Assembly: GCA_964016885.1 (NCBI GenBank)
Contig: OZ024742.1
Coordinates: 130,882,001 to 130,946,000 of the forward strand
Origin: Eledone cirrhosa
Taxonomy: Eukaryota
Direction of reading: 5' to 3'
Length of the DNA: 64,000 nt
Below are positions 1 to 14,625 of this stretch, one piece after another. The position numbers and the translations under genes were made by a program. Position 1 is the stretch's first letter. Every line of letters begins with the position of its first letter. The notes under the pieces are model-generated. The model was not told the DNA's origin. It saw nothing but the letters and a program-made list of their open reading frames with translations, and did not search any database.

Positions 1-704
1 TGATACTTGTGAAAAAGACACTAATAGTAGAATTATGGCTGCCCACAGTGCATATGGCAGGCTCATACTTCAGTGTCTCTGAAAATCACAGTCTCGCTCT
101 CAGAACGAAAAAGCAATTGTCCATTCAATTCTGTTATATACTTGTAAGAATTGGACTTCATAACGCCGAGATTTAAGACTGTAAGAAAGATTCCAACAAA
201 CTTATCTGCACCGAATCCACCACCTTAACTGCTAAGATCACGCTTCAAAGATGGCTGAGAAAGTAAAAAGTTCTAAATGTTTTTTCTAAATTATTCGGTA
301 CTTTATTGGCACGTAGATGAACATTGATTTAACTCGTTGCCATCGTTAGTGTCTAGCCTCATACCAGACTTGGTGGAGCAGATTTTTGATCAAAAGCAAT
401 CCTTCAGTATGCAAAGCTTGTCTTTTCCTTATGTTCATTATCTAACACATTGTTTTTAAGGTTGTAGGGTGTTATGTGAGAGGCGGGGGGGGGGGGGGGG
501 GTTACTTATAGCCGACTCAATGACCACTTGGAAATCCCAACTATAAGTCGAGAGATATAAATGTTTGAAGAAAAAGAACACTGTGCTTAGTGCAGGATTT
601 ATCGAGTGCGTATGTTTGTGTGTGTGTGTGTGTGTGTGTGTGCGGGGGGTGGGTGGGGGGCATCCAGAGTGATCTGCCGATCTTTACGAATGTTTTTCTC
701 GGAA

Positions 705-949
705 GGAGACCTTACTTTTGGGATTGCCCTCTATATAATAACTGCGCGAAATTCGCACTTGGCGGTAGCGTTCAACGGGAACTCCATTCTCAACGGCTGC
801 CAAGCCAAGATTGAGCATCCCAGCGAAGCGCGCGCATGCTTGTTTGGGAGTGAAGGAAGCACCAATCACAACAGTGTTGCCAACAGCCGTACGAACAGTT
901 TCTCTGCGTCACCCATCTCTTTGGAGACCTTACTTTTGGGATTACCCTC

Positions 950-952
<3 letters not shown>
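705..952. mobile_element. Two same-orientation Tc1/mariner-like terminal inverted repeat remnants (705-731, 923-950)
   Basis: ggagaccttacttttgggatt(g/a)ccctc(g) occurs twice, each followed by TA. The reverse complement TACGAGGGTAATCCCAAAAGTAAGG resembles mariner TIR starts. No transposase seen. Confidence 0.45.
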
Positions 953-1012
<60 letters not shown>

Positions 1013-1466
1013 TGTGTGAGAGAGTTTCTCTCTGTGTGTGTGTGTGTGTGTGAATGCGTGTGTGTGTTGTATTCTATAAGGGTCCCACCAAACCCGAGCT
1101 GCCTCGGACCTCCCAAAGTCTAAACTTGGCCATGCTAGGACTTGTGTTGTAATGAGTATTTTTGTTTTTGCTATAGCAGGTTCAGAGTGTCAGTGAAAGG
1201 ATTTCAAATGTACCTCTAAATCGATCTTGCTTGTTATTTCCCTACCCATGTTGATAACATGAGTTTCAGGACCGAGTCAAATAATTCTATGCTTTCCTCG
1301 GAAAAAAACATCCTCATCATATGACTAGTTAAAAGAATCAATATTTATTGAAGTTATATTGATGTTTGTATCAATGTAAGTTTTCATCAATACAAACCGT
1401 AAAATATCCAATAATTTCTGAATTTCTATTTTCTTTCTCGTGTTATAAAAGCCGTAAAAAAACCTC

Positions 1467-1808
<342 letters not shown>

Positions 1809-2309
1809 CATGCAGCGAAATTCCTCCCATGTATTTACCTGTTCAAGCTTACCACTAACACATGTAGATATTGGGCTAAAACCCAAATATCAAATTTCAA
1901 TATTTGCATTTAAGACATGAATGAATTTCATCCAATAAATATATCGCCATCTTTTATTTGATTGTGTCAAAATTTTCATATTGGCATAATATCACAACAG
2001 AGGCACCTTTCATAACATTTCTTATTTCTGCTTTAATGTAATATTTAAAATAAATAGCGTTTTGCCTCTGCGCATGTGTAGTGACATTTGCTTTTTATTA
2101 TATTTGCAAATCCACAATAATATTTCTAAAAGATATTTTATTAAAAAAGAAAATTATTCTCATAAATAGATAAGCAGTTATTAAGGTTTTCATTTTGCGT
2201 GTAGGAAGGGAATCCCCTCCCTTCTCTTCGGTAAATCACTTAACTACCGACTAACCGTTTCAATTTTCTCTTGAGACTTTTTTTTATCTCACCCATGTTG
2301 AGTTTGCAT

Positions 2310-2870
2310 AGAGTTACGGCCCTTTACGTTCGGGATTCAAATCCCACCGAGGTTAGCTTTGCCTTTCATCCTTACGGGGTCGATAAAATAAAGTATCAGT
2401 AAGTCACTGGGGTCGATTTAATCGAATTTCCCCCTTCCCTTCAAATTGCTGGCCTTGTGCCAAATGTAGAAACAATTATGTAGAGGAGACAAAGAGGGTG
2501 GGGTGGGAGTATTGTTGGAATCGTTAGAATGTCTGAAAAATTCTTGTGGCATTTAGTTACGACCTTCTATGGTCTGGTTTCAAATCTCGTTGAGGTCAAT
2601 TTTGCCTCTCATCTCTCCTGGGTCGATAAAGTAAAGTAGCAGTTAAATACTGGTATAATAAACTTGATATAATTGATCCTCACCCCACCACCAAAATTGC
2701 TGACCTTGTGTTAATGTTTGAAAGAATTATTTCTATTCATGTTGCTCTGGTGGCAAAACGTTTCAGTGTTGATGAATGCTTTGGATTGATTTGTTCGTGT
2801 TCTCTGCGACTGAGTTCAAATCTCGCTGAGAGCAACTTTGCATTATATCCTTTGGCGATCGAACTGGGTC
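2310..2870 (+). mobile_element. Three diverged copies of one SINE-like family
   Basis: Recurrent motif (g)ttcaaatc..cgaggt..actttgcctttcatcc....gggtcgataaa..aagtaccagt near 2330-2480, 2570-2730 and 2810-2860. B-box-like GTTCAAAT. Confidence 0.75.
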
Positions 2871-3009
2871 TGATTCTTCTTTCTCACCCCACCTCTCACA
2901 CAGAATCAACTACCCCAACTGTTTCAGAAAGGGTAGGACCCATTACTAATATAATTTTAAATCTCCAGAGATCTCCAGAGATCTCCGAATGAAGCTTCCG
3001 CACTCTGAG

Positions 3010-3160
3010 AAGGCGCATGGCTTAGTGGTTAGAGCATTGGGCTTGCAATCGAAAGGTTGTGAGTTCAATTCTCGGACTGGGTGATGTGTTGTTTCCTTGA
3101 GCAAGACACTTTATTTCACGTTGCTCCAGTTTACACAGCTGTAGAAATGAGATGATAGGA
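3010..3160 (+). mobile_element. tRNA-derived SINE
   Basis: A box tggcttagtggttag and B box gagttcaattc, followed by a ccttgagcaagacact..cacgttgctcca core-like segment; no complete cloverleaf. Confidence 0.7.
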
Positions 3161-3596
3161 CTGGAATCCCTATCATTAAATTACTCAAGACACCTCCAAC
3201 GAGATATACCTTGAAGGAGGCCAGCTAAACCTGCATAGGTGTGAGCTGTCACACACATACACACACACACATTCACACACACACATACACACACACGCAT
3301 ACATATTCTGAGAGCTGGTGTTTGTAGATGATTTCACTATTTCTGCTGTTGTTTAACTCATCGCTCTTCTGCATGTTTGCATTAAATCATTATTCCTTAG
3401 GTGCAAAGTCACTTTTATCAGGAGAACAAAATAGTCGACGGAATCAAAGGATGTATATCATTATAACTAATTTAACGACTCCGTACTGATAAAAGGCAAA
3501 GTTGACGAAAGAGGAATTTGAATTTAGAATGTAGCAGAAAGAAACGAAATATTTAAAAGACATCACTTCTTCACTACATGCTTTACCATAATGTTC

Positions 3597-4350
3597 ATAA
3601 TTGTTTCTACTTTAGGCACAAGGCCAGCAATTACACAGTCCATTACTGGTACTTTATTTTATCGACCCCATAAGGATGAAAGGCAAAGTCAACCTCGGCG
3701 GGATTTGAACTCAGATCGTAAAGGGACGTAACTATGCTGGAAAGCATGGCGTCCGACCCTCTACCGATACTGCCAATCCAATGTTCATAATGGCTTCCAA
3801 TTTAATCACAGTAATACTAAATTTGGTGTTGAGAAAAATCGATTAAATCAACCCCTGTACTTTATTTTATCGATCCCAAAAGGATGAAAGGCAAAGTTGG
3901 CCTTTGCGGGATCTGACCTCAGAACATAAAGAAGCGAAAGAAATGCTCCAAAACATTTCATTCGACACCCTAACGACTCGACTCTGTCGATACGACGCTC
4001 ACATAATTTGTATAATAATTGTTTCTACTTTTGGCACAAGGCCAGCAAATGTTTATAATAATGATTTCTCACTGGCATAAAAGTAAACATTTGTAAAGGA
4101 AGAATTTGAACGACCCCAACCGAAATCATTTCATAATTGTTAATTAAAGGTTCGTTAGCGAATAAGAAAAAATGCTTTGCGGTATTTCATCGATTCTTTA
4201 TGTTCTCACCTTATATTATGCAGAAGCCAACTTTGCCTTCTTTCCTTCTGGGGTTAATGAAATAAAGTATCAGTCAAGAGCTGATGTACAGTTAATCGAC
4301 ATTTCTCCCTATCGAAATTGCTGGCCTATTGCCTAAATTATAAACTATAA
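3597..4350. mobile_element. Cluster of the same SINE family as 2310-2870 (minus copies ~3597-3780, 3790-3980, 4015-4050; plus copy ~4150-4350)
   Basis: Reverse-complement motif ctggtactttattttatcgacccc..aaggatgaaaggcaaagt..acctcggcgggatttgaac repeated. Confidence 0.7.
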
Positions 4351-6382
4351 TTGGTAATTATTTTGTCGACTATGTAAGAATCAAAGGCGGTTTCAACATC
4401 AGTAGTATTTAAAATCGGAGCATTAAGATTTAGCACATTACTGTATCTACTTACTTGATACCTTTTATAAATGTTCATATTAATATATTTAAATAAGTTC
4501 TAAAAATATATAGCAATATAGCTTCCGGACAACTTTATGCAACGACGCAATGTTGATAAATTTCATTTAGTTTCGCTTCAAAATTGTCGCTACGAACGGG
4601 TGTATAAAGGAAAATTGTAGAAGTTGAAAACTAGTTTTGGCATATGAAAATGTCAGTTTCATAAATATAATCGTGATAGATAAGTTGTGTATACTTACTG
4701 ACTGTTGAATCTAGAGTGACATAAAATTAAAAGAAAGTTGTGAGGTTTACAGATAGTAATATAATAGTATTGTCATGTGAAAATAAAGAAGAAGGATTTA
4801 AAGTTTAAAATTTCCATGAATAGCCAGACTATGCAATAGCTGTTAACATTTTATAAGATTTATCTTTTGTGATGCAAATGCGCATCATATTTGAAAGAAA
4901 CAGGAGATAGATATTTAGACCTGAACGGAGCAAGAAGATATACATTTATTCTTTTGCTGCTAGCGGTTAGTGGCAATTACAACGCTAAATCTTGGCAAAT
5001 GTACTTGCCAAGACGTTAATATCAATCAAAGCACTAAATCTTCGCGTATGTAATATTCAAGCTTGTAATATCAGCCAATCAATCACTGAATAGATTATTA
5101 CTATAGGTGTTATCCAATACGGCAATGCATATCGCTGCATTACTACACTGAACGTTGCCAAGAATAACTATCCTACAAACTTATATTAACTATCAGATTG
5201 ATGTCGACTGCATCCAATATTATCATGTATTATCAGACATTTTAATAAATGCTATCACATGCATTTTACCTATACTTTGTAATATCATACACTGTATAAA
5301 ATATTTTTATATGCACTGTTCAATACTGTGACAGTAAAGTGTTATTCATTATCTGTTTAAAGTTTCGGGTGTTAAGCAGATAGATTTTTCCGTGGATACT
5401 GAACCGGCCTCTCATAGTTGACATTTTCATTAAATCTGATAATATGGTACCTATTTCATATGTCTAGTTAGACTTTGGCACTGTCTAAATATACACCTAA
5501 ATTTCCTGCCGTGATATTGATCAAATCGTCCAATTTAAGACCAAAATATTCTTTCGTGACTATATAATTGAAAATGTACATTTGGATAGTGCAGTTATGT
5601 TGTATTGTCTATATTGTTATATTGTTATATCTGCAACAGCACGGTTGTTGATGCTGTTGGTGTTTCGCGCCAGGTTAGCTTTGATCAAGTAGACGTTTCA
5701 TCAAAGTCGTTTTAATCATGAACACGCCATTTTTTTTTGTAGATATAGTGTATCCAAATCTACACTAATCGATATGGCCTTTGTATTTTATTTAACTATA
5801 GTAGTGTGTTTTTTCAGAAGGAGTTGGCGACTATTTCTAGCTGGTCAGGTGACCAAATAAAGGCTCTACGTTGGCATGTTTGTAGGGTCTAGTACTCGTC
5901 AAATTTAGAGATGGATAAGGTGTACTGGATCGAAGCAAGTAACTGTTCTTCATCTACTCATAGATCTGCACTTTGTGCTTCCCATTACAGTATTTGGAGT
6001 GGGGCTATTGGTGTTGTATGTTACACTTTGTGTATGTACCTTTTATGCCTATCAAACTTGAGTGGCAGGAATAATGATTTGTGATTTTGTAGCCGATGTA
6101 AAATATTAGGAGCTTATTACGGCAACAAAGCCTACCCAATCGCAGTCCAGATAGCAAATCGATTTCAATGTTTTTTGATTAAAAAAAAAATATGGATAAA
6201 AATCAACAAATCCCATTGTTTGTGTGTCTACTAGAGTTGCAGTTATCGTTTTTGCTGCTGAGATATTTCGAAGTTACAATTGTTTTAGCGTTTGATGTTG
6301 TTACTTGCTCTTTCTGTCTGCGACGTGAAGAATTTGGGTTGCGTGGGAATGTTTATGGTTAGTATTGTATTTATATTTACTT

Positions 6383-7264
6383 TATTATTATTATTATTAT
6401 TACAGTTGCATTTATCTTGCTTTATGTTCATACGAGTTATCACCAAGTCACAACCAGTGACCTCAAGAGACAACAAGGTCCGCCATGTTCAAGAAAGAAT
6501 ATACATACTCACACATGCATCTTTAGTGTTTAGACTTGTGATGTACTTATATTGACAGAATCTTCCTTAGTATATGGGCAGTTCCCATTAGTACTATCTT
6601 TTGTATTTCTCCTATACGCGGGTTTCCTGGGATTTGCGATAAGTAATCATTACACCCCTTAGGTATCATTCCAAGAGCGCCTACAACCACTGGTATTGTT
6701 TTAGTTCTCAATTTCCACATTTTTCCAATTTCTATCTCCAGGTCCTTATACTTGCTCAATTTTTCAAATGTTTTTATAGATACATTCTTGTCTATTGGAA
6801 CGGACATATCAATTAGCAGGCATACCCTCTTTTTAAAGTCCTTCAATATTATATCAGGTCTATTTGCATCTATTTTTCGGTCTGTTTGGATGCTAAAGTT
6901 CCACAAGATTGAGATGTGATCTTTTTCAAGTATGGGAGGTGGTTGATGCTCCCACCAATACTTTTGATGGGGCAGGTCAAAATGCTTACACATTATCCAA
7001 TGTATGTATTGTGCAGCTCTGTCATGCCTGTTTAGGTATTCGGTTGGAGCTATAGGACTGCACATTGAAATTATATGGTCAATGGTCTCTGGTTGTTTTT
7101 TGCATACACGGCATAATGGGCTGCATCCATATTTTATTATGTTGGCTTGGTAATATTTTGTTGGCAGACACTGATCTTGTGCTGATATAATCAGTCCTTC
7201 AGTCTCCGATTTCAGTCCAGAGGATGCCAACCACTGATGGGTTAAAGTTTTGTCAACATCAGGA
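6383..7264 (-). mobile_element. R4/Dong-like non-LTR retrotransposon 3' fragment (family A)
   Basis: ORF 6547-7230 has a CCHC knuckle (CRVC..ETIDHIISMC), RHD, and RPD..D..EK..KY restriction-like endonuclease motifs. (TAA)n tail at 6383-6402; cut at 7264 by the next element. Confidence 0.88.
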
Positions 7265-10200
7265 TTGTTATTATTATTATTATTATTCCTTGAATCTCAG
7301 TCATTGATGTTAGTTAACTGGAAAGTCCGTTGGAATGAATATCAAGCCACTACCTGCAGCCTCAGATATTCAGGACGTATCGGAGGGTTCTTGCTGTTCC
7401 CAGCAAGCATGCCTTTTGAAGCGTTCCTAAAAGCGTGAAGGGGCCGATTTTCTTTAACCATCCCTGGAAACTTTTGGAGATAGTCCCCAGTGCGCCTATG
7501 ACAATCGGGATCACTTTGACTTCATGGCAGTTCCAAATCCTTTTTACCTCCCACTTTAAGTCCTGGTATCGGTTAATTTTCTCCCTCTCCTTCTCTTGCA
7601 CTCTCGTGTCGAATGGGCTGGCCACATCCACAATCAGACACGATCTTTTTTCTTTGTCCACAACCACCAGGTCAGGTCTATTGTGTTCCAGTTTCTTGTC
7701 CGTCTGTATCCCAAAATCCCACAGCACCTTCACCTGATCGTTCTCCATCACCGCCTCTGGCTTATGCTCATACCATTTCTCAGAATGTGGTAAATTGTTT
7801 ACTTTGCACAGGTGCCAGTGGATCACCCTGCCCATCACATCATGTTTCCAGCCCTTATAGTGGGTCTGGGCTAGGTGTTTACACTCGGATACAATGTGAG
7901 ACACAGTCTCCTCTCTCTCTCCACAGATCCTGCACAGTGGGCTAGCCTCCTCCTTGTAAATATGGTGTTTCAACCACTTCGTGTTGAGGGCCTGCTCCTG
8001 CGCAGCCATTAACATTCCTTCTGTAGCCTTTTTAAGGTCTCCTCTTCTCAACCAGTTCCATGTCTGTGGATCTCTAAATTCAGTTTTCTAAAAGAAGGTA
8101 CTATGAAGGGATTTTTCCTGAAGGCTGCTCTTTCTCTTTGTTGTTATTCCTCCTTGGACATCCCCTGGCCTATTGTCCCCTCCTTCAGTAGAGTTCTGAG
8201 CATTGGCTCCTTACTATCAGTCACGTATTTGTGTAGGTTGTTTTTCTCCATCTGAACACAGTCCTCTATGCTGATAAGACCTCTTCCACCCTCAGATCTC
8301 CTTAGGTAGAGTCTATCGACATCACTCCTCTTGTGGAACATGTTGTAGATAGTCAATAGCTTCCTAGTCTTCCTATCCATTTCTTTTTGTTCAGCAACAT
8401 TCCATCTCAGAATTCCCGCACTGTACCTAATAATAGACACAGCTCGGGAATTTCTGCTGTTCAGATGTGACTTCAATACGCTCCTTACTCTCCGAATGTA
8501 TTCAGTTCTTAACATTTTTTTGTTCTTTATGCCATCAGCCTCCAGAACGCCCAAATACTTGTATCCTTCCTCAGAGTCAATTTCCTTTATCATCTCACTT
8601 GTTGGTATCTGGATTCCATTACTTCTGCTCAACCTACCCCTCCTCATCACAATGACTCCACACTTACTAATACCAAACTGCATACATATATCACTGCTGA
8701 AAATACGGACAGTGTCAACAAGCACATCCAACTCTTTCTCACTCTTCCCGAAGAGCTTAAGATCGTTCATGAAGAGAAGGTGATTGATGGTAAGCCCTCC
8801 CTTTCCCAACCTGTATCCTGCTCTCACTTTTCGCAGTACACTGGTCAGGGGCATCAGGGCAAGGACAAACAACAGAGGGGACAGGCTATCTCCCTGGAAG
8901 ATACCTCTCTTGATCTTCACGCTTCCCAAGGATTCTCCAGTTGATGTCAACTCTGTTTCCCAGGACCTCATACTCTTGCCCAACAACTGTCTGATGTTAT
9001 CTGCCACATTGAAGATCTCCAGGCTTTTGGTGATCCAAGAATGAGGAACCATGTCAAATGCCTTTCTGTAGTCTATCCATCCCATGGCAAGATCAGTGTG
9101 TCTCCTCCTGCAATTCACCATTACCATCTTATCAATAAGTAACTGGTCCTTTGTACCACGTTACTTCTTTCGGCATCCTTTCTGTTCGTCCGGTAACAAG
9201 TTGTTTGTGTGGAGGTGATGGTAGATTTCCTCAGACACAATGCTCGTCAACAGTTTCCACATTACGGACAGACATGTGATAGGTCTATAGTTGGTAACAT
9301 CATTACCCTTGATTCGGTCTTTCATTATCAGAACTGTGGTACCTTTTGTCAACCACTCTGGTACCTCACCTGACATCAAGCAGTCATTGAACATGGTTGT
9401 CAGTTTCGGGTGGAGGGATGTTATATTTTTAATCCAATACCCCTGCACACCATCTGGGCCTGGTGATTTCCAGTTGGTTAGTTTTTTGGCCTGCCCCTTA
9501 AGAGTTTCAACTGTGATACTCAAATCAGTTTGTTGGTGTGCCTGCTCACCGATCTCCCTCTGTACTGTCTCAATCCACACTGCCTGGTCATTATGTCTAA
9601 CATCCTGCTCCCATATTCCTCTCCAGAATGTTTTAGTTTGTTCCGCCTCAGGGATCAAGTCGTTGCCTCTTTCTTTCCCCTCAAGCTGTCCAAACAGCAT
9701 CTTCTGGTTGTTGTCGAACATGCGGTTCTGTTTATACTGACTGACTCTGTTCTCGTATCGCCTGACTTTTGCACTCTTTGCTACAATGCGTTGCTTCAGT
9801 TCCTCTATGATAATATTTAGCTTTTTCCTCCTAGTTTTGTACTTTATTTCCAGTCTATTTTTAGTGTCTATGTTTTTTAGTGTCCCATTCAGTAGTGACT
9901 CAAGCTTTCCAATCTCATTTCTCATTTCCCTGATCTGACCACTCAGCCGTTTCTTCCACCAAGGCTCTGCTCTTTCTTGTCTGTTGTTTCCTCTCGCTTT
10001 TATACCAAGTAGTTTCCTCACCGTATTTGCTGTTGCTTTGAGGATATTGTTGCACTGGTGAAGGCTCCTCGCCTCAAGGTATGGGATGACTTTGTTTACC
10101 TTAGCTGTTGTTTCTTTTAACTTTTTCCTGTCTACAAATCTTAGGTTCATAGGTCTCCCACTATCATTGTTCAATTCATCTACCACTAAATTTAGGATGT

Positions 10201-10900
10201 CAACCGACTCTTATCCTAGCCCGTCAGCATTCATCTCCTCAGTGGCCGTATCTCTGTTCCAGGTATTATTTATCTCAGTATTCAGATCATTGTCTGCTTC
10301 GGGTGGTTCCTTCGTTCTCTCGACCTCTTCACCTTCATTTCCCACTGGCTCGTTTGCCTGGCATACTCCACCCTCCATCTCCAAGCTAATCTCTCTGCTC
10401 AGTTCCTCCAGTTCCAGCTCGCTTATCCACCCATTAGTTCTTATTACCCGAGCCTGCCCGGCCAATTTTTGTTCATCTAATTTAAATAGACCAATCTCGT
10501 TCCAAGGATGTTATGCATCCGTCTCCTATAGCCCCTCTCCTTGGGGTTACTTTTCAGGTAACATTGCATAACAGTTCTATTCAATTCTTTCGTCCAGTTG
10601 GTTCTGGTCCCTTTCCTTCTTCTTCTTCCTCCGACACCAGCAGTATTTGGTTGACAGCCAGGTCCCTGCTGCTGAGCCAGGGAGCACCTGTTGGGTGAGA
10701 GTCTGTCACATGACGTTCTAGTCTCCATTTCACCGTTATTCGAACTGTTTAGGTTCGATATTTAAACACTCTTATCGAGGATTGGCGAATGTATGGTTAC
10801 ATAACCATCTGTGGATTCACCGTCTCCGGTGGTTGCGTCGCTCCACTTGGCTCTTGTGTGGCATTATCACCACGCTGTAGACGAACACAAATAAACAAAC
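7265..10900 (-). mobile_element. Near full-length R4/Dong-like LINE (family B), disrupted
   Basis: Pieces 10477-10728, 10211-10465, 9161-10186, 8144-9127 and 7362-8051 form one ORF: [36 protein letters not shown] (mutated xDD), CCHC, RPD/EK..Y endonuclease. (TAA)n tail 7265-7287; the 5' boundary is approximate. Confidence 0.92.
7362..10728 (-). pseudogene. RT plus restriction-like endonuclease polyprotein, broken by stops and frameshifts
   Basis: Collinear ORF fragments with RT and REL motifs. Confidence 0.9.
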
Positions 10901-11153
10901 AAACAAACAGGCAGAAAAAAACCCCAAAATGAATAAGCATAATTTCATTGTAATGTAGTGTTCGAATGTCTGACTTAGTTTTTCCCTTCTCTTCTCTGTC
11001 CGTCCGCTTGTTTCTCTCTTCATTCTTATTTTCTTTACGTTTTTTGTTTTTGTTTTCTCTGTTTGTTTTTTTTTGTTGTTGTTGCTGTGCTGCTTTGGTT
11101 TTGATTTTTGTTTTTTTCTTTTGAGTCTATCTATATATTTTGATGCCTTCCTC

Positions 11154-11156
<3 letters not shown>

Positions 11157-11212
<56 letters not shown>

Positions 11213-12449
11213 GTTGTTATTCCTTGAATCTCAGTCATTGATGTTGGTTAACTGGAAAGTCTGTTGGAATGAATATCAAGCCACTACCTGCAGCCTCAGA
11301 TATTCAGGACGCATCGGAGGGTTCTTGCTGTTCCAAGCAAGCATGCCTTTTGAAGCGTTCCAAAAAGCGTGAAGGGGCCGATTTTCTTTAACCATCCCTG
11401 GAAACTTTTGGAGATAGTCCCCAGTGCGCCTATGACAATCGGGATCACTTTGACTTCATGGCAGTTCCAAATCCTTTTCACCTCCCACTTTAGGTCCTGG
11501 TATCGGTTAATTTTCTCCCTCTCCTTCTCTTGCACTCTCGTGTCGAAAGGGCAGGCCACATCCACAATCAGACACGATCTTTTTTCTTTGTCCACAACCA
11601 CCAGGTCAGGTCTATTGTGTTCCAGTTTTTTGTCCGTCTGTATCCTAAAATCCCACAGCACCTTCACCTGATTGTTCTCCATCACCGCCTCTGGCCTATG
11701 CTCATACCATTTCTCAGAATGTGGTAAATTGTTTACTTTGCACAGGTGCCAGTGGATCACCCTGCCCATCACATCGTGTCTCCAGCCCTTATAGTGGGTC
11801 TGGGCTAGGTGTTTACACTCGGACACAATGTGAGCCACAGTCTCCTCTCTCCACAGATCCTGCACAGTGGGCTAGCCTCCTCCTTGTAAATATGGTGCTT
11901 CAACCACTTCGTTTTGAGGGCCTGCTCCTGCGCAGCCATTAGCATTCCTTCTGTAGCCTTTTTGAGGTCTCCTCTTCTCAACCAGTTCCATGTCTGTGGA
12001 TCTCTAAATTCAGTTTTCTCAAAGAAGTTACTATGAAGGGATTTTCCCTTAAGGCTGCTCTTCCTCCTTGATGTTATTTCCTCCTTGGACATCCCCTGGC
12101 CTACTGTCCCCTCCTTCAGTACAGTTCTGAGCATTGGCTCCTTACTATAGGTCACGTATTTGTATAGGTTGTTTTTCTCCATCTGAACACAGTCCTCTAT
12201 GCTGATAAGACCTCTTCCACCCTCAGATCTCCTTAGGTAGAGTCTATCGATATCACTCCTCTTGTGGAACATGTTGTAGATAGTCAATAGCTTCCTAGTT
12301 TTCCTATCCATTTCTTTTTGTTCAGCAACATTCCATCTCAGAATTCCCGCACTGTACCTAATAATAGACACAGCTCGGGAATTTACTGCGCTTATGGCAT
12401 TTCTGCTGTTCAGATGTGACTTCAATACGCTCCTTACTCTCCGAATGTA
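11157..12449 (-). mobile_element. 5'-truncated R4/Dong-like family B copy
   Basis: Highly similar to 7265-8500; ORFs 11805-12425 and 11296-11865; (TTA)n tracts on both sides. Confidence 0.92.
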
Positions 12450-12486
<37 letters not shown>

Positions 12487-12930
12487 GGCGACCTACGTAG
12501 TAAATCGTATCATCGTGGGCTCCGCAAAGGTTTGTTATTTTCAGTTCTTTAAAATTGTCATTTATGGAAATTTTTTTATTGTTAACTGTATATAAGTGCA
12601 CATACATTGATTTCTGAAAAGGACACTCAAAAAGATTGGGGCCTTGAGCCCAAAATTTAAACTTTTTATAATTATCAAACAAAAAAAATTTCTTTGAAAG
12701 ATCATAGCCGACTCAGAGTCACACCTTCCTCACAAACTAACACCTCACACCGACACCACCATTGTAAATATTACTACGTTTGCCAAAACTAAAAATATAA
12801 GCAGTAGCAATATTTGAAATTTGTCTCAGGCAGACATTCATTTCCCGCAGGTATTAAAGCCGCCACCCCCACCATCACCACAGCGACAACAGAAACAAAA
12901 TAAAAAAATAAATTAACTCTTGATATCGAA

Positions 12931-14111
12931 ATGAATTCAACCAAAATGAGCTCTTCCACACCGAACACCACTGACGCCACCAACACCACCACTGAAACTA
13001 AAATTAACAATAACAAAAATAACGATAACAACAACAACAATGAAATTAAGAAAACTACCCTGTCTTTTGCGAGAGTAGCAAAGACGTGCGAAGCGATCCA
13101 GGTAGCTCAGGAAGAATTAGAAGAAGCCAAAGGAATGGTAAAGAAAGATGGGTACAGGGTCAGCCTCACCACCCACCTAATAAAATGGAGCATCGTCGCC
13201 TATACACCGTGTCTTATCGGACAATTAACATAAAATCGCGCCGAGTGGAACGGGCATCCGAGTCCCAAATCCAAAAAGCTTTGGGACATGTGTGGGCCAA
13301 AAAAACCCACATCAGACGTGGGGAGAAATATGGAACCGTGGACGTGTTCTTTGAAACACCACAGGAGGCCAGAGAACACTCCATGGCCACATTAAGAAGT
13401 GACGACTTCACACTCGTCCCAAGCTATTGTGGCCAGAGACTCGTAAAGATCAGGGTCACCCACGTTCCACCGGCCATCGAAATTCCCTGGCTAATAGCTG
13501 CCGTCCTCGCCGGCATCGAGGCCAACACCAAGATAATAGAAATAGCGAAAGAAATGCAGGAGAACTGGTCCGGACCTGGGATGGAGCTCCTGATCCAAGC
13601 GGACCATGAAAGCATTGTGGAGATCCCAGAGGTAATAGACCTCACTGACGGCAGCCACCTCACCGTAATCGTCGAGGGCAGAAGGCCTAGGTGTGTCGTT
13701 TGTGGTGAAGGAACCCACCTAAAGGCTTTCTGCCCTCAGGCTAAAAGGTTGAGGCCACCTCTCCTACCCACCCCAGTGACTCAACCATCATCATCACCAG
13801 CAGCAGAGATGGCAGCAACAACTGTAGCAGCAACAACAGAAGCAACTGTAACAGCAACAACCGCAGCAACAGTAGCAAAACAAACACCACCACCGCCCAG
13901 CGCGCCAGAACTAGCACCAGCGCCTACACCATCCACCATGCCACAACCAAAACCAACGCCTGCGGAGGATTTTCCACTCCCCGGCTTATCGCAGCTGGAG
14001 AGAGATTGTGACGACGAGGAGTGGGAAACGGTATCAGGAAAAAAGAAACCAAAAAAGAAAAAATTCTCTTCCTTCCCCCTCCAAAAACAAAATACAGAGG
14101 GAAACAAATAA
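12931..14111 (+). pseudogene. Tx1-like ORF1 (gag-like zinc knuckle), frameshifted near 13170
   Basis: MNSTK..LSFARVAK N-terminus, then EGRRPRCVVCGEGTHLKAFC knuckle and a Pro/Thr-rich tail. Confidence 0.8.
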
Positions 14112-14625
14112 ACTATCAACAAAAAAGTTAGGACAGATATGACACCATCCACACCAGCATCAACAACCCCATCACCACAAACACCAACACCATCACCATC
14201 ATTAACCCCAACACCACCATCACCAACACCACAAAAGTCACCAAAAAAGCGTAACAGAAACAAACCCACAACAAACGCAAACAAAACAAAACAACCAAAG
14301 CGATCCACACTACACAGCATTAAATTTGAACAACAGCCAATTACTACATCCAACATAACACCAGCATCACAGAAAAAGACTACACAATAACCCAAAAGTT
14401 CACACCACCTCACACATACAAATCACTCGCATCACACAGAAAACGTACACGATACTAAAACAAATATTCCCCAAAGACATCGGCGACTTCCGACAAACAC
14501 TCTCCAGGAGGATTTATAAGGACATCCTTCCGGAGGAGGCCACAAGCAGTGAAAAGGATGGACAAACCATGCTTCCTCTACGAGAAGTAAGGTAAGTGGT
14601 CTTTCCCATCTTTTCCACTCCATTT

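Noticed and set aside
1250-1330. Hammerhead remnant on the minus strand
   Set aside because: The core reads AUGAUGA and stem I does not pair convincingly.
3010-3080. tRNA gene
   Set aside because: A and B boxes are present but there is no acceptor stem, and it continues into a SINE body; same for 58240-58315.
10725-10830. HDV-like ribozyme in the Dong 5' UTR (minus strand)
   Set aside because: UCCUCG and a possible P2 (UUCGCC/GGUGAA) are present, but I could not assign P1, P1.1 or P3.
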